Of a DNA stretch of 64,000 bases, positions 38,451 to 52,632 are shown one piece after another (the stretch's first letter is position 1; the number at the start of each line of letters is the position of its first letter). This DNA comes from Gonapodya sp. JEL0774. Taxonomy: Eukaryota. The notes below the pieces were generated by a model. The model did not search any database. It had not been told where the DNA came from and worked only from the letters and a program-made list of their open reading frames with translations. Location of the stretch: NCBI GenBank assembly GCA_027604505.1, contig JADIIX010000054.1, positions 62,001-126,000 on the forward strand, in the 5' to 3' direction. The translations under genes were made by a program, and so were the position numbers.

Positions 38451-40575
38451 ATGTCGAATAAGCGATCAGCAGAATCAGCAAACTCGACTGGCGATGCTTC
38501 TTCGGGCCTGCCATCATCTCAAAAACGACCGCACCTTCAGTCAAAATCGGCAACGAACCCCGCAACAACTCCCGAAAACGGCGATGACTTGGAGTTCGAA
38601 GATCCCTGGGAGGACGAAGTGGAGTCTGATGGCGAGCTAGGAGAGGTCGTTGTGGCTGAAGATTCGAGTGACGAGGATGATGATGGTGACGGCGGTGGTG
38701 AAGACGTGGACGAAGTAGCCGAAGGTGACGCGATGGCTGTTGACGGAGACGTAGACAGCAAAGATACCAAGGGTAAATCTAAAAAGCAATCAAAAAAATC
38801 GACAAAGAATGGCGTGACCGTTTTGGACAATGACGATGAAGACGACGGTTTGGAAGAGAGAGTCTACTTACCCGGTCAAGCTCTGGAGCCCGACGAAGTC
38901 CTGGTAGTGGATAATTCAGCATATGAGATGCTACATTCAATGGGCGTCGAGTGGCCTTGCTTGAGTTTTGATGTCTTGAAGGATGGACTTGGGCAGGACA
39001 GAAGAAAGGTGCGTTTGCAAATGCGCTTTGGAGAGAGCTATGGAGGGCAAACTTGGAGCAAAACTATAAATAGTCGCTTGGAAGGAATGAACTCGAGTTT
39101 CAACTGTGAGCTATTTCACTTTCTGAGGACAGTGATGTGATTCGAATGAGCACGGGACTTGATTTAATTGAACTGGAAGCAACAAATATCAGGGTATTCT
39201 TGAACACTCATAGCTCCAATTTCCTCATACAAACGTCATACTTTCAGTTCCCCATGACTGCTTTCCTTGCAGCTGGTTCCCAAGCTGACATTGCCGCAGC
39301 CAACCGCCTTTACATCCTCAAACTCTCCCACCTCCAACGCACAAAACACGACGACCCCATTGACGACAGTGCGTCTGATGCCTCAGACGACTCTGCACTT
39401 GACGAGGACCCAGTTCTGGAACACCGCGCAATCCCTCACCCTGCCGGTGGTGTGAATCGCGTCCGAATCGCGCCGGACGAACATGTGATAGCTACCTGGG
39501 CCGACTCAGGGGTAGTGTGTGTGTGGGATGTCGCGGATCAAGTGACGGTGCTGGAACGGCCAGGCGTCTTGGTAGGTGGGATCGAGGCGAGGGCAGCCAG
39601 GGATGTGAAACCCGTGTACTCTGTGAAACAACATAAAGGGGTCGAAGGATTTGCCATGGATTGGAGTAGAGTAGCGAAAGGAAAGTGAGTAACGATTGAG
39701 ACTTGAGAAGGATCGTTTTGAACAAATGTGACTCATTCCGCGGCATGCAATTTTCTTTGCTCCTCCACGACCATGAATCTCAAACTGGTGATAGACTCCT
39801 GACGGGTGATACCGCCTCTCACATCTACCTTACGTCTCGCACGCCCACCTCATACGCGACATCTGCGACGCCATTTGCCGGACACACTTCCTCCGTTGAA
39901 GATCTTCAATGGTCGCCCACTGAGGCGACCGTTTTTGCATCCTGCTCGGCGGACAAAACGATCAGGGTTTGGGACACTCGCGCGACAAAGAAGCCCCAAG
40001 TCACCGTGAAGGATGCTCACACGCAGGATGTGAATGTGATCAGTTGGAGCAAGACCGTGGACTACCTTCTTGCAAGTGGTGGAGACGAGGGAGGTATCGC
40101 GGTGTGGGACTTGCGCGCCGTAGCGGCTTCCGCATCCTCTTCTCCTCCCAAACGCCCAGACCCTGCTGCGCTGTTCACTTGGCATCGTGGCCCCATCACA
40201 TCGATCGAATGGCACCCTACGGAGTCTTCTGTGTTGGTGGCATCTGGTGCCGATGATCAGTGTACGGTGTGGGATCTGAGCGTGGAGAGGGATCCGGAGG
40301 AGGAGAGAGAGGTGATGGGCAGGACAGGGAAGGAGGCATTGGGGGGTGTGGAAGTGCCTCCCCAATTGATGTTTGTGCATCAGGTATGATTGAGATCGCA
40401 TCCGTGAAGGGCCGTCTTTCCAATCCATCGTTTCTGATGAGTTCGCAACGTTGACCGTTTGGGATTCCAGGGACAGTCAAACGTTAAAGAAATTCACTGG
40501 CACCCACAACTTCCCGGTGTGCTTGTGAGCACGGCATTTGATGGGTTCAACATATTCAAGACTATCAACACATAG
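38451..40575 (+). CDS. RRB1: Glutamate-rich WD40 ribosome assembly protein GRWD1/Rrb1
   Basis: Acidic N-terminus; [67 protein letters not shown]. Confidence 0.96.
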
Positions 40576-40804
40576 AAACTCCATCTCGACGCTCCTAAAT
40601 CGTTGTAACTGCGGGGACATCACATGGCGCTTTCGTCGAACAGTGGAGATACTTTAGGGGTTTGATGTGGAGTATGTAAGGAGTGTTCAATCTGTATTTG
40701 TTAGCGAGAGAGGTCGGAAGTGATGGCATCTGAAATGTAAACGAACTATGCACGAATGTTGCGGACACATTCCCATTCAATCAAGTTCGTTGGTTTGAAC
40801 ACAA

Positions 40805-40844
40805 CAATTTTAATAGTATTACAATCAATTTTAATAGTATTACA
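40805..40844. repeat. Tandem 21-bp duplication (CAATTTTAATAGTATTACAAT, about 2 copies) between convergent genes
   Basis: Seen directly in the sequence. Confidence 0.8.
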
Positions 40845-41040
40845 TCAAGGGGAACTCCGAAATTCACTTAGTTCTGTCTGTCATAAACGCTCACAAGATT
40901 TCGAAGTAAAACTAGGAAACAAAACAGACCGAAGGGAGAGAAGAGGAACAAACAGGAAGACCAGGGTTGGTGGGGGGAGATAAACATTGGGTAACCAACT
41001 GTATACTGATCCGTCTCGCTCAAATGACCATATCCAGTCT

Positions 41041-44000
41041 CTAAACTTGCTGCTTATTTGTTGGTACAACACCCCGAGGGCGGCGTAAACACAAATTGCC
41101 GGGATATCGTTTAGGGGTCGCTTCCATACTTTGGATTGCGCGCTTGTAGTTTTTCAGACGAGATTGGATCCATTCACATGACTCCAAAGGGTTCCTTCCA
41201 TATGCATCTCACACGGCCTATCTCTACTATTGTTCCCAAACTTTGCTCCCACCTTTGGACACGATCTTCCATCCGTCCCAGTACAATCCCTCCACGAATT
41301 CCGTGTTTTTGTCCCTAAACTCTCCCACGAGCACGTCGGCTTTTCCGCGCTCCAGTCCAATGACATCACATCTGCCCTTCTGCCTCGTTGCCATTCTCAT
41401 CACCTCTTGCACGTCCAAGCTCCTGCAACCCTCCACATTGAGTACGTCAAGCGAAATGCAGAGCTTAGATATGATCTCCAATGACGACACGTTTGTCCGG
41501 GAAAGGTCAAGAGCGCGGAGACGGGGACCACAACCCAAGATCAGTGCTTCGATTCCGCGGTCGGTAAAACGCGGATGGTGTGGAGAGGAAAGGGGTTGTT
41601 GAACGGTGCGACCAAGGGACACGGCGATGAGGTTGGGGCACGATCGGCCGATCTCCAGGAGTACCTGTTACACGCAAACAGGAAAAGTTCTTGCAAGTTC
41701 CAAGTACCGGGTAGTATCAATGAAAATGCTCACCTGATCATCCACTTCGGGGCAGTCGTGCAGTAAAATGTACTTCAATCCACCAGTAAGTGTACCCGCA
41801 CTCGCACCCAAACCCATCGTCGTGCCAGACTGCATCAAAACATTTGCGGGTAATGAGCTGATGCCAGCGACATTCGCGAGCTGATTGACCCCACTGCCCC
41901 AAGCAACGGCGCTCGCGAAAGTAGTTTGTAGGACTTTCTGGGGAACGCGTGAACCCGATAGGTCTAATGCTTCCAGTCGTGGGCAGTTTTGTGTCAGACG
42001 GGCGAGAGAGTGGTGTGGGACGCCGTGGGGAAGGTACCGAGAGGACAGTCGAAATCGCCGTAGAAGCTGACAGGTGCGGAAGAGGCTGGAAAAGCGCGAA
42101 CTGTGAGTAAAGTTCTCGAATAATGGAAAACGAGAGTTGGTCCAGTTCCTACCGTGAAACTCACTGGTTCAAGCTTCTGTCCGCCAGTGATCGCATGGGA
42201 ACAAATTGTATAAAACCCACGTCACTGCCTCTTTGCATATCCATCTGCATCCCAGGCAAAGGATATGTCATTCCGCCCGCTGCAGCGTGCAGCCCCATCG
42301 ACTGCCCGTACACATGATCGGTCCTGTCGGTGGCAACCAGTTCCACTACTTCGAGATCACGGCAACTGCTCGCCAAAATCTCCAATCCCTGATCACCAAT
42401 ATCACAGTCCACAATTCGAAAGACTCGAATTTTGCGACAGTTCCTCACAAGCTGGATAAAGCCTTCGTCTGATATCGAGCCAGGCACTAAAGGTGGATAC
42501 GGACCCTGTCCGCTGACCGTCGGAGGCGAAAGATCGATGGTAAACTCTTCTAAGTCCTTCGTATAGATTGATAAAGCATTCAGCACGCCATTGCCGATAC
42601 GCGGGCATCGACGGAGAGTGAGCGAGCGGAGCTGCGCCAGTTGTTGGAAGATTGTCCCCATCGAGTTATCTAAAGCAAGTTGGGGAACGAACTGACTATG
42701 TTAGCAGTGTCGAAAGCATTGTGCAGTGGCAGAACGACTCACCAGTAACTTCACCCTCTTCTATCTCCAATTTCTTTACTTTCCTGCACCACATTGCTAC
42801 AACCGCGCACATTTTTTCGCCACAACCTGGCCCACGGAGCTTTAATGCCTCCATCGCCATCGGTGCTGCTCCATCAAACATTCTCAATAGGACGTATGCG
42901 TCGATCAGTGGTGGACACCAAAGTGTAAGTTCCTTCAATCCGCTCATTCCCTGTCCAACAACCCGGGGGCCACCGCCCGCCATCCTCATAATGAGATTAA
43001 TACTTGCGAGGACTTGATCGCTCATTCCCCCAATGATTTCCAGTTGCTTCGTGAACACACACGGTGGAACCTGTTGGGCTTGTACACGGCGCTCCAACGC
43101 GTCAAGAACTCTCCGAGTGATTCGTTCACTCCCGAAAGACACTCTTCTCCAAAGCAGGGGTATGGCTGCAGATGAGAAAGATTTGTTAACAAGCGCGCAA
43201 GAGCGAAGATCGCTGGTGGTGTACTGGACGTATCGGAGGAATTTCCGAATGAGTCCCTGAGTCAATTGCGCAACAGCGGTTGAGGTAGTCTTCGCTGACC
43301 CTGTTTGCTTCCCAGATGGTGTTGCTGCTCGAGTACCGGCCTCTGTTGCGGCCTCAGAAGGCGGTGTCAACGGCAAAGTGTCCATCGATGGAGAAGGTAC
43401 CGCTGTACTTTCAGTAGACATAAGTGAGGAGCCTTGGGGAGCCGTCTCCGCTGGACTTTCCAACTCTGCTCCATCCCCAGCAAACTTCCAAGGCACCAAG
43501 GATGCAGTCCTCGCGTTAACCGCATCGTAAGCTCCACCCGTAACGCCAAGTGATCTCAGGCTTAACGCTTCCAACATCCTTGCTGCAGCATCTACTGTTC
43601 TGTCCGATGAAGATTGAGCTGTGTAAGTACCCCGACCTGGACTGGACCGATTAGATTGCCCCACTTCCACAACAGAGCACTCTCCCGGTGACCTCGGTGA
43701 TGGAAAAAACTCTTCCGCGTCGGTTACACTACTCAAGTCAAATCGTTGGGTGGTTGGGAGATCTGGAGACTTCCGTGAAGGACCACCTATTCCGAAACCC
43801 GGACCCTTCGGCATTATGCGAGGGCTGACTTCTGGTGGTGTCACATCGAGTGGCGACGCACCAGGGGAGTCTTCCCATTGACCGGACCTTGAGCGAGCGT
43901 GGAAAGACAGAGGTGTCGGCGAAGGGCGGCCGCTTGAAGGGGCATTTTGATATGAGAGCGTTCCATCTGATGGCCACCGTCCAGCGACAACAGCAGCGGC

Positions 44001-45875
44001 CATGCGAGCATCTAGCTCTAGATCTCTGCCTTGCGAAACTTGCTGTTGAAAGTGCCGGGAGTTGCCTTGCGGTGCCTGCGGTGACTGCAGCGCACTGTTT
44101 GGTCGAGAAAAAATCGGGCCAACCGGATGCATGTAGAGTCCGTCTCCATGTGAGGGATCGTCCCAGGCAGGTCCTTGAGCAGAGACCGATGACGTTCTGT
44201 CGTAGGAACCCGACGCAGTGCGTGATGCCCTTATCCTCAAATCCTGGGCAGGGGGAGTCCGCCGACCTCCATACGTCCTTGCCGAGTTCGGAGTATTGGG
44301 TCCCGAGTGGCGTCCTGAGGCAAGTTCTGCGTCTGGGAACGAAGAGACGCGTCTGAGCTCGTCCCCATAGGAAGGTTGTCTTGACGGAACCCGACCAGGA
44401 AAGTATCCCCGGGGAGAAGCCTGAGGTTGTTGGAACGGTGTTCTCGCACCACCAGGAGGTTGAAAGTGCGGATGATGTTGGATCGAACCACCCTGATTAA
44501 TCGGATTCCTGGGGTCCAAACGGCGCTGCTGATGCTGCAGGAACAACGCCTCACGAACCATCATCTGGTATTCAAGCTGGGAGCTTGGAGAACGGTGCTG
44601 CAGATCATCCACCAGAGTTGACGTCCAGGGAGCCGACCCTCCTCTGCTTAGAAGATCCTGCGACGGCACGCTAGTTTGGATGCCCAACGGCGACCCCGTC
44701 GTCACAACACCAGACCACGTCTCGGGTCTTCTTACCCCGCGATTTGGCGCATTGTTGCTCGAATATCCTAGTCCCGTGGTGTCCCGGGGATCGCTCGTCA
44801 AATGAGTGGGAGCTCGGGGGCCTCCTTGGGAGCCGCTTGGCAACGGGCCCCACGTGCTGGCTTCCATCCCGAATTGGTCGTTGTAAAGGGGAGATGGCGT
44901 TTCAGATGCAGAGCGTTGGTGGGAAGGACTACTCCATGGGGATCTACCTGCCGTTTGAGACGAAGGATGGAAGCTGGAGTCCCCGTAATGATAGTTTGCG
45001 CGAACATCGACTGAGAGGGTGGAAGGGAGAAGGTGTCGAGCCGACGGCAAAGCGGATGTGAAGGAATCTTGAGATGCACCGGTTGCGGATTGTGGTACCG
45101 TCCGCTGTTCTGGATATCCGTACCCAGCACCCATGGACAAGTATTGTCCATCATCCAAGCCGTATTCGTCAGGAAGCACGCCGTTGTAGTCGTGGGGCTG
45201 AGAGCGAAGATCGGGTATCCTGGATTCTAGTCGCTGCGAAAATTCTGCGGCTCGCGGGTCGCTCACTGGTGTGCCGACTAAGCTCGGTCCCAAGCTGTCC
45301 CTCGAACGTCGTCGCTCCCCATTCCAACCCCGATCAAAACCCAACAGCTGGTCGACGCGCTCATCTGGCATAGATGCGGAGCTTTGTGGCCGCCTAGTTT
45401 CGAATTCGCCGGTGGTGGTGGGAGTGACAGAGCGGCGTGCATGGGCAAGGGCTCCGAGTCCGAGGACAGAGGGGAGGGGAGCAGAATCTGAGGTCAGCTG
45501 GCCTTGTGTGGAAGATGAATACCGAGCCAGTTGATGGAAGGCGTTACTCGATTGTCCGAAAAAAGGGGGAGCCTGTTGTTGTGGTTGTTGTTGCAAGTTC
45601 CAAGGAGAACCGGGATTAGAGTACGGTGGGAGGGGATAATCTGCCGAGTGGAAACCGGAATCCGAAGGCGAGTGTATCTGAGACGCAACCTCTACTGGCT
45701 GTCTCGCGCGCGGTGTTAAATCCTGCATTATGTAATCACAAGTGCAAGTCCACTGCTGGCCAATCGGGACAGGCGCAGCCGACCCACACACGCGGCAGTA
45801 GATTGATGCAATTAGTGATCGTGAGAAATTCGCAGCTGATTTGTTTGTTGGGCGGTAGGAGATAAGTCCAACCAC
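41041..45875 (-). CDS. F-box-like/RNI-type LRR protein with long disordered N-terminus (ends approximate)
   Basis: DLRSCALVNKSFSSAAIPLLWRRV (fungal F-box-like) followed by LRRs: LRSLTLRRCPRI, ISDEGF..CRKIR, FTDRGI..LRALDLSRT. Confidence 0.8.
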
Positions 45876-47135
45876 GTGCCGATGACGGTTTCGGTTGGGT
45901 AGATATTTTGGGATCCGTCAGCAGAAACAGCAAGGGGAGCAGCGCACTAAATGCCCTTACAAGCGCTTGGCCCATTTGCTGCGCAGCTTTCAGGCCGAGG
46001 ACTCAGATCCCTATCGATTTTTCAACAGCTTTGGGTTGGGTGTCATCCAGATACGATTGGAGCAACAAACCCTCACCCAGTCTTGCCAGGATTGACCGAT
46101 ATATCGCCCTTAATGCTCCGCAATACCGATAAGCCTACGTTCTCGCTTACAAGCAAATCTAGCCTGTGAGGACAAAAACTGACAATTTGGAGACAACGAG
46201 TTGCTGGTGCAGGGGAAGCAGATGCCCTCGGACTCTCTGCGTGACTTCAGGGCAGTCCTGAAAACACACGCGATACGCTAAATCCCCTTCAAACTATTCT
46301 ATTTAATCCACTCCTCTGCGCTGGTATTCTTGGTGATATGAGCAAGATTCATATGTACTATGTAGTATAATTGGATACCTTGTCAAACCCTGTGGTCTCC
46401 TTTCATTTTTCCTAATCGGGGAAAGGGTACTTTCCCTTAGCGTTTCTCCAGCTCTGCATTATTGTGTCTCCGTTTGACTGACTAAAACTCGACGTTGTGT
46501 TTTGTGCAAACTCGCCGGTGCCCAGCCGTCAAGCGGGGGTCACAATGACAAGTGATGAGATGACACAAGCCCCGACAAACAAACACGAACATCCAAATCA
46601 CCATGTAATGATCTTCAACTTGTCACAGGGCTTCTCCTCTACTGTTGCCTGCAGACATCAGGGATGATTACTCGAGGACAAATCGCCCAGTGACGGATGC
46701 ACAACAGAACTGGCGGAAACAAGATTTCATGCCTTATTTGATGCCAGTGGTGAGGTGTGCATATGGGCAAGGCGAGTCCTCAAAGCAGACTGTTTGTGTT
46801 ATGATTGCCATCGAATAGGAAACACGTGTTTGAACATGCGAACCTGATGGCAGAATCAAATCAATCAAGGGCAAGAGCTCACGCTAGATCCGTTTCTCAT
46901 TTTCTGAGGCGGTTCTTGTCGGGGGGCCGGTTATTGGCATGTCAACCCTCCTCCAACAGTCAGAATGATTAGCCGAGGAGCGCGATAAGTGATCCATTTA
47001 TGTTCATTAGAAAGGGTTCGAAAGAGGAATGCAGTGATAATTATACAAATAAAGACGTTCAGAATCGGTCATTTCCAGCCGACTCCGAAGACCGTTATTC
47101 TTGAATTCTCAACCAAATAACCAACTCAACTGCGA

Positions 47136-48418
47136 ATGGATCCACAAAATCCAGCCTCGTTCCGGCATCGCCGCGCTGATGTGAATGGCATTACCATGCA
47201 CTTTGTAGACGAGGGGAAAGGGAAACCACTGATCCTGGTTCACGGATTCCCAGATTTGTGAGTACTTTGCATCCTCAGATACGTTTCATTTCTCACAAAG
47301 CGTTTAAAAACATTCCCGTGGGACCAGATGGTACGGATGGCGCTATCAAGTACGCCCATTGGTTGAAGCCGGATTCCGAGTAATCGTCCCTACTTTGAGG
47401 GGATACGGAAGCTCTACCATGGAGGTTGCCAAAGAGTTTTCACCACTCTCAACCCGTCGGAAGTACGCTCTCAAGAACATCTGCCAGGACCTCCTGGAGT
47501 TGATGGACTTCTGCGAGATCCGAACCGCCACCTTTATCGGACACGACTGGGGAGCCGCAGTCGTTTGGCGTATGGGATTGCACTTCCCACACGTTGTGGA
47601 GGCTATTTGTGCCATAAATGTCGCCTACACCCCGCCATCTGACTACTTCCCGACTCGTGATGAAGTCCTTGCTGTGGCACCGCAAGCTGCTTATCAGTAC
47701 TACTTCATGACGGACAGAGCCGAAGATACTTTGGTACGTATTTGGAGGGGTGCCATAAAGTGGTCGTGTTGTCTGAGTCAGGATCATGGTGTTACCTTTC
47801 AGAACAAGGACATTGAACTGAGCCTGCGGTGTTTGTTGCGAAGTGGTGGGAACAAGGCGGAGCGACTGACGTTCAACCCGTTCAAAGATCCCTTGACATT
47901 TGAGACGTGAGCAAATTGCTTCGTTTGGGTTTCGCAATTCACAGGTACTCACATGTTTATCCAAAGCATCCCCAAAGATCTCACGCCACTACAGACAATG
48001 TCCCAACGGGAGTACACCTACTATGTGGATACCTTCACACAGAGTACATTCAATGGACCCCTAAACTGGTATCGAAATCGTTGGTTCAACTTTGAGGACG
48101 AACTCGGCAAGGACAAGATATTGAAGATGCCAATCCTCTTTGTACGTTCCATTCGCTGAGATGGATTCCAATACGTCACCGTTTTACCCCCGTCCTGAAT
48201 GTTAGATTTACGGAGAGAAAGACCCAGTATTCAGACCTTCATCCCTTCCAACGATGAGGGAGTGTCTCCCATCATTCACAGTCAAATCGGTACCCAACAG
48301 TGGTCACTGGACGCAAGCAGAGTATCCTGACCAGGTGAACTCCCATCTCCTCAGCTGGCTCTCCACATTGAAGCCTAGGGAGGCGCCGAAGCCCTGGGAT
48401 TCACCAGCGAAGCTTTAG
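47136..48418 (+). CDS. Soluble epoxide hydrolase-type alpha/beta hydrolase with PTS1 (AKL)
   Basis: HGFPDLWYGWRYQ, GHDWGA (nucleophile Asp), GPLNWYRN, GEKD, SGHWTQAE; ends DSPAKL*. Confidence 0.93.
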
Positions 48419-48491
48419 AAATCTTCGATGTAATGGTATCAACTCTGGTACAATCGGAACATGCAACTCCGTTATACACTTTATGGTACAA

Positions 48492-51400
48492 TCATCGTGG
48501 AGACGAATCTCCAACAGCGGTATTCGTGAGTCCGGCCACCTCAATATGGCGTGTCAACCCAACAATGAAATCCTCCATCTCCTTGGGCCGAAGAATTTTG
48601 CCGTCGAGAAGTGGTTCACCCTTGTACTCCGCTTCAACTGTCGAGTGAAATGCTCGATAGCTCTCCAAAGTAGAGTTCTGCTCATGAGTGACTTTACATG
48701 CTCCTGTGCAACTAGGCCTGTACACTAAGTTACAAAACTCACCCTGATGACCCGAATGATGACAGATTCCGTTCTTCGGTCTCCAAGCATCTCGTCCAGT
48801 CTTTGCACAGATCCAACAAGCCGTACACTCACTGCCTCCCGGAAAGAATCGTAAGCGTAAAGTACATGTGACGGCTGAGCATATATCTGATCCTTCAGCG
48901 ATCCTGATGGCGTCGAGGATGTAATGCTGGATGATCCGAGCTTAAAAGCTGCTGCCTGGATACAAAACGAAGAAGAAATCAGTGATGGTTCGAGAGTATT
49001 TACAACTCGTAGAATAAGAACCTTGGCAAGGAAACTTTGCAGTGGCTCCACACACGCAGTGGTTGTTTCGACGACGAAATTTTCTGATACGCGCTTCAAT
49101 TCTTGGTCGAGGTTCTGCATAGTTTATCAGTGATATCAGCTAGTGATGGTGAAACACAGAACTGCATGGGCATACCTGTCGGGCATTGGAGTAGCTCTCG
49201 ATCACCTTTATATTGGCACCAAATGAATAAAACGTTTTGGGATCAAGGAGGAGCATCAGAGCGTCTGGAAGAAGGCTACGTAAAAATGGTAAAGCAAGGA
49301 GGATCAATATCAAGCACGCACCTCTCACAGACCCAACATCAAGGTGGTCCTCCCTCCGGATAAGAGTGGCATCAAAGGTTACAGTTTGCTCCCGAAGAGT
49401 GAGCAGGTTCTTAATGAGAAACAGTTCGGCATCTTGCCTCGACTGCAAGATTGTGTCAATCACTGCAGGGCATCGCCAAGCTCACAATCGATCTTCACCT
49501 TTCGCATCAGGATGTTGGAAGCTGCTACAAGACTCTTACGACATAAATCCACAGCTTCTTGAGCAATGTCCTCGAACACCGCGGACTATGTCATAATGTG
49601 CTGCAGATGAGTTCATCAGTCCGCAACTGAGTACCCAGAACGAACCTGAAGACTCCTGTAAAGCCTTCCTAGAATGTAGATTGTTCTCTGAACTGTTGGG
49701 TACCAATCTCCACCACCATAAACCATCATTTTGCCACCGAGGGATGTGAATCCTGCGCTGCTGCCCCGCTTTGAAATAGACATTGAATCTCTTCGTCCAC
49801 TATGTTCCAAAGCTTCAGCTTCAGCTTCAGCTGCATTCCGAGCTTCTTTTATTTCTTGTTCAATGTGGTCCTCCTCAACTGTAATGGTGGCCGGTGCTCC
49901 CTTTGTGGAATTCCCGGGCAGTTCGGCCTTTGGAGCAGAAAATGAAGAGCGAACAGATGGGAGGAGGACCATCGGATGAGGATTGTTTACTGAAATGATG
50001 CAGGAGCGAAATCATCGGGATAACTCCTAACTTGCGACAATACAGGAGCTCCTCACACTTTCTTGCTTTGACGAACACTTCGAGCTCCGCTTCTCTCGGT
50101 TCGTACCCTTCAATTTCCTTGCGAATGAACTCCTGTGCCCTGAAAGTTAACCTTGCTTGTGCATCTTCGAGCATTCTCAACGCTGCCTCTTTAACGGCCC
50201 CTCTGCCCGACTCGTCGTCCTCGTCCTCGTCCTCGTCCTCACCAACGCCTTCATCGGACTCAGTGGCGGGTTTTGATCCAAGAATAAGTTCAGAAGGGCT
50301 TGAAGATGCGATAGACGAAAGGAGCAGGCACAGGTCCGAGAGGTGATCTATGCGTGTCTCGACGATTATTAATGCGCGTAGAGAATCGCAAATAGGGGCA
50401 GTTACGGAATCCAAAAATGTTCTTGGAGTCCGTATTCAAACGCTCATCAGTGTCAAACTGTGCGGTTCCCTTGCGAGGCTTATATCAAGCTCACCTTAGT
50501 TCCACACTCCCGACGGAAAAAAATTGTAGGAACAGTGAATACTCCTCTGAGCAGACATGTGATACATAGGCGAACCCCGTTCTTGCCTTGGCCAGCGGGA
50601 ACACGAGAACAAATAACAGGTGTTCAGCTCTCGTCTTCCAAACCCCAATGTGAGATTACCGCCTTACTGACCATTCCCACTATGTCACCTACAACAACTG
50701 GCATTGTAGGTTTTGGTCCGGAATCAAGTCCACTGGGAGTCGGCGGTGGCAATACCTTTTTCACACCACCCGAGATCTCCATCTCCATGATAGCGGATTG
50801 AAGCCGTGGGTTTACCAACATCGCACGTGCAGAGAAGTAAGCAGAGTAGCACTCCCGAAGGAGGGAGAGATACCTAAAATTACGTTGATCGCGCCCACTT
50901 CTAGTAACACACTTTTTGTTCCGAACAACTCACTCTCGATTAGACGGAGCCCTCCTCTCCAGTTCCTTCAGCAGTGGTGTCAATCGTACTGCTGCTGCCC
51001 TGAACTTGAGGAACACTTGCACGTCCTGGGACGGCCCCGTTTCACTCCCATTGCGGATGGTTGGCGACGGTTTCTTGTCAGAAAGAAGCGATGCTCGCGG
51101 ACCATCTCCTATTGAGAGTTGTTGAATTTCAGAGACGAATTGCAGTTTTATTAGGGACATGGAGCGTGTGAGGCATTGGCGAAATCGGAGGCGATACAAG
51201 TCCGCATCAAGGTAGTTGGGCTTATGATCGCTGTGACTTAGATGCATCAAAAGAGAGCAAGAGACAAATACATACATGTGATTCCATGAACGCCAGACAT
51301 TCGTCCAACCTTTCCAACATTGCGAGGAAACCGGGTGCACCTCCTTCAACAGAGGCTGACGGGACATTCGGAGAGCCACTATTCCTCGCTACTTCCACCG

Positions 51401-52504
51401 AAGGACTTTCTGGAGTAGATTCAATCCTCTTAAGCTGTTGTTGAGCAAGAGATGGTCTCGGCCGCGAGTACCCAAACACGGGACTCGAAAAAATGTCCCC
51501 AGACATGGAGAGCTGTCGCGAGATGACCTCCAGGTCGTCGAAATACCTCAACCGATCCCGGATTTCCCGTTCAACCTCTGAAAGCTCAGTTTGCTCTTCG
51601 AGAAGGCGCTCGCATGCCTGTTGGAGAGCCTGTGTCTTGGACTGCACCGAAATGTAGTTGGACGAGAGTTGGTTGAGGATAGTGGTGGTGTGGGCGAGAT
51701 TGGAGAGAATGTCGTTGCAGGTAGAAAGGTAGAGGTTGAGGGTGGCGAGGTGGGATCTGTAAGAATGAGAGGAAGTGTGGTTGACAACTGTGGACTCAAA
51801 GGGGAAGTGATTGTTTCCAACAGTACTCACCGGTAAACGTCATCCTGACCTTTCTCCATTTCCGCTTCAATATTTGCAAACCATGACAGAAACTGTTGCG
51901 TGTTCTCAATCGGTACCGACGTCGCGAGGAACTCCGCATTTCCAGATCCCAGCAGTTTATTTTCGTCCGGCCCGTTCGAGTCCAATACGGACGGATTGGA
52001 ATTTTCCAGTTTCCACCCCAAACCAATTATGCTTTGGAGGGCTGAATCGGGAACCAAAGATGGTCGGGGTGCGTGGGGTGTATCGCGAAGTGGGGATATC
52101 GGAAGGGATGTTACAGAGTCCCCAAGGTCCGTCCGACGGGGGAGCTCCTGTTGCGATTCAAGCGAGTCATCGATCACTGTAGGCGTAGTGAACTTGTGAG
52201 AAGGAAAACAGGGGTCCCGGTTCGAACGAATCGGGAGATTTTCGGACGTGGGGTGTAGTATTCAGAGTACATTACATTCATCAACGGGTTCTGACCGCAC
52301 GTGCAGGCAAAGAAACGCATGGTTGCACACCTTTTCAGGTAAGGGAAGATCCTGACACGCTGTTTGAACATCTGAGATGGAGAGTTTCATTTGTTCGGTG
52401 AGCTCCACAAGTGATTCCCAGTTGAGAGGCCTCTTGGGCTGGGTCGATCCGGAGACCGGAGCCGCGGGAGTCTGCACAGCAGATCCACTTGCTGAAGAAG
52501 CCAT
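48492..52504 (-). CDS. COG3: Conserved oligomeric Golgi complex subunit 3 (Sec34)
   Basis: IENTQQFLSWF, LQQACERLLEEQ, RLDECLAFM, RFRQCLTRSMSLIK, DAQARLTFRAQ, WYPTVQRT, LFLIKNLLTLREQ. Confidence 0.93.
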
Positions 52505-52632
52505 AGCCGCCGGGAGCAGGGTTGAACGAGTTCGATTGTCTCACAATTGTATTGGGTTCATGCACACCTCTGAGTAATCTGCTATATAATGCAACGAAGA
52601 AACGGTACAACAACAACTTACACATAATACAC

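Noticed and set aside
46170..47100. ORF-free interval as a possible ncRNA locus
   Set aside because: No tRNA, snRNA or rRNA signature recognised; consistent with a divergent promoter/leader region.
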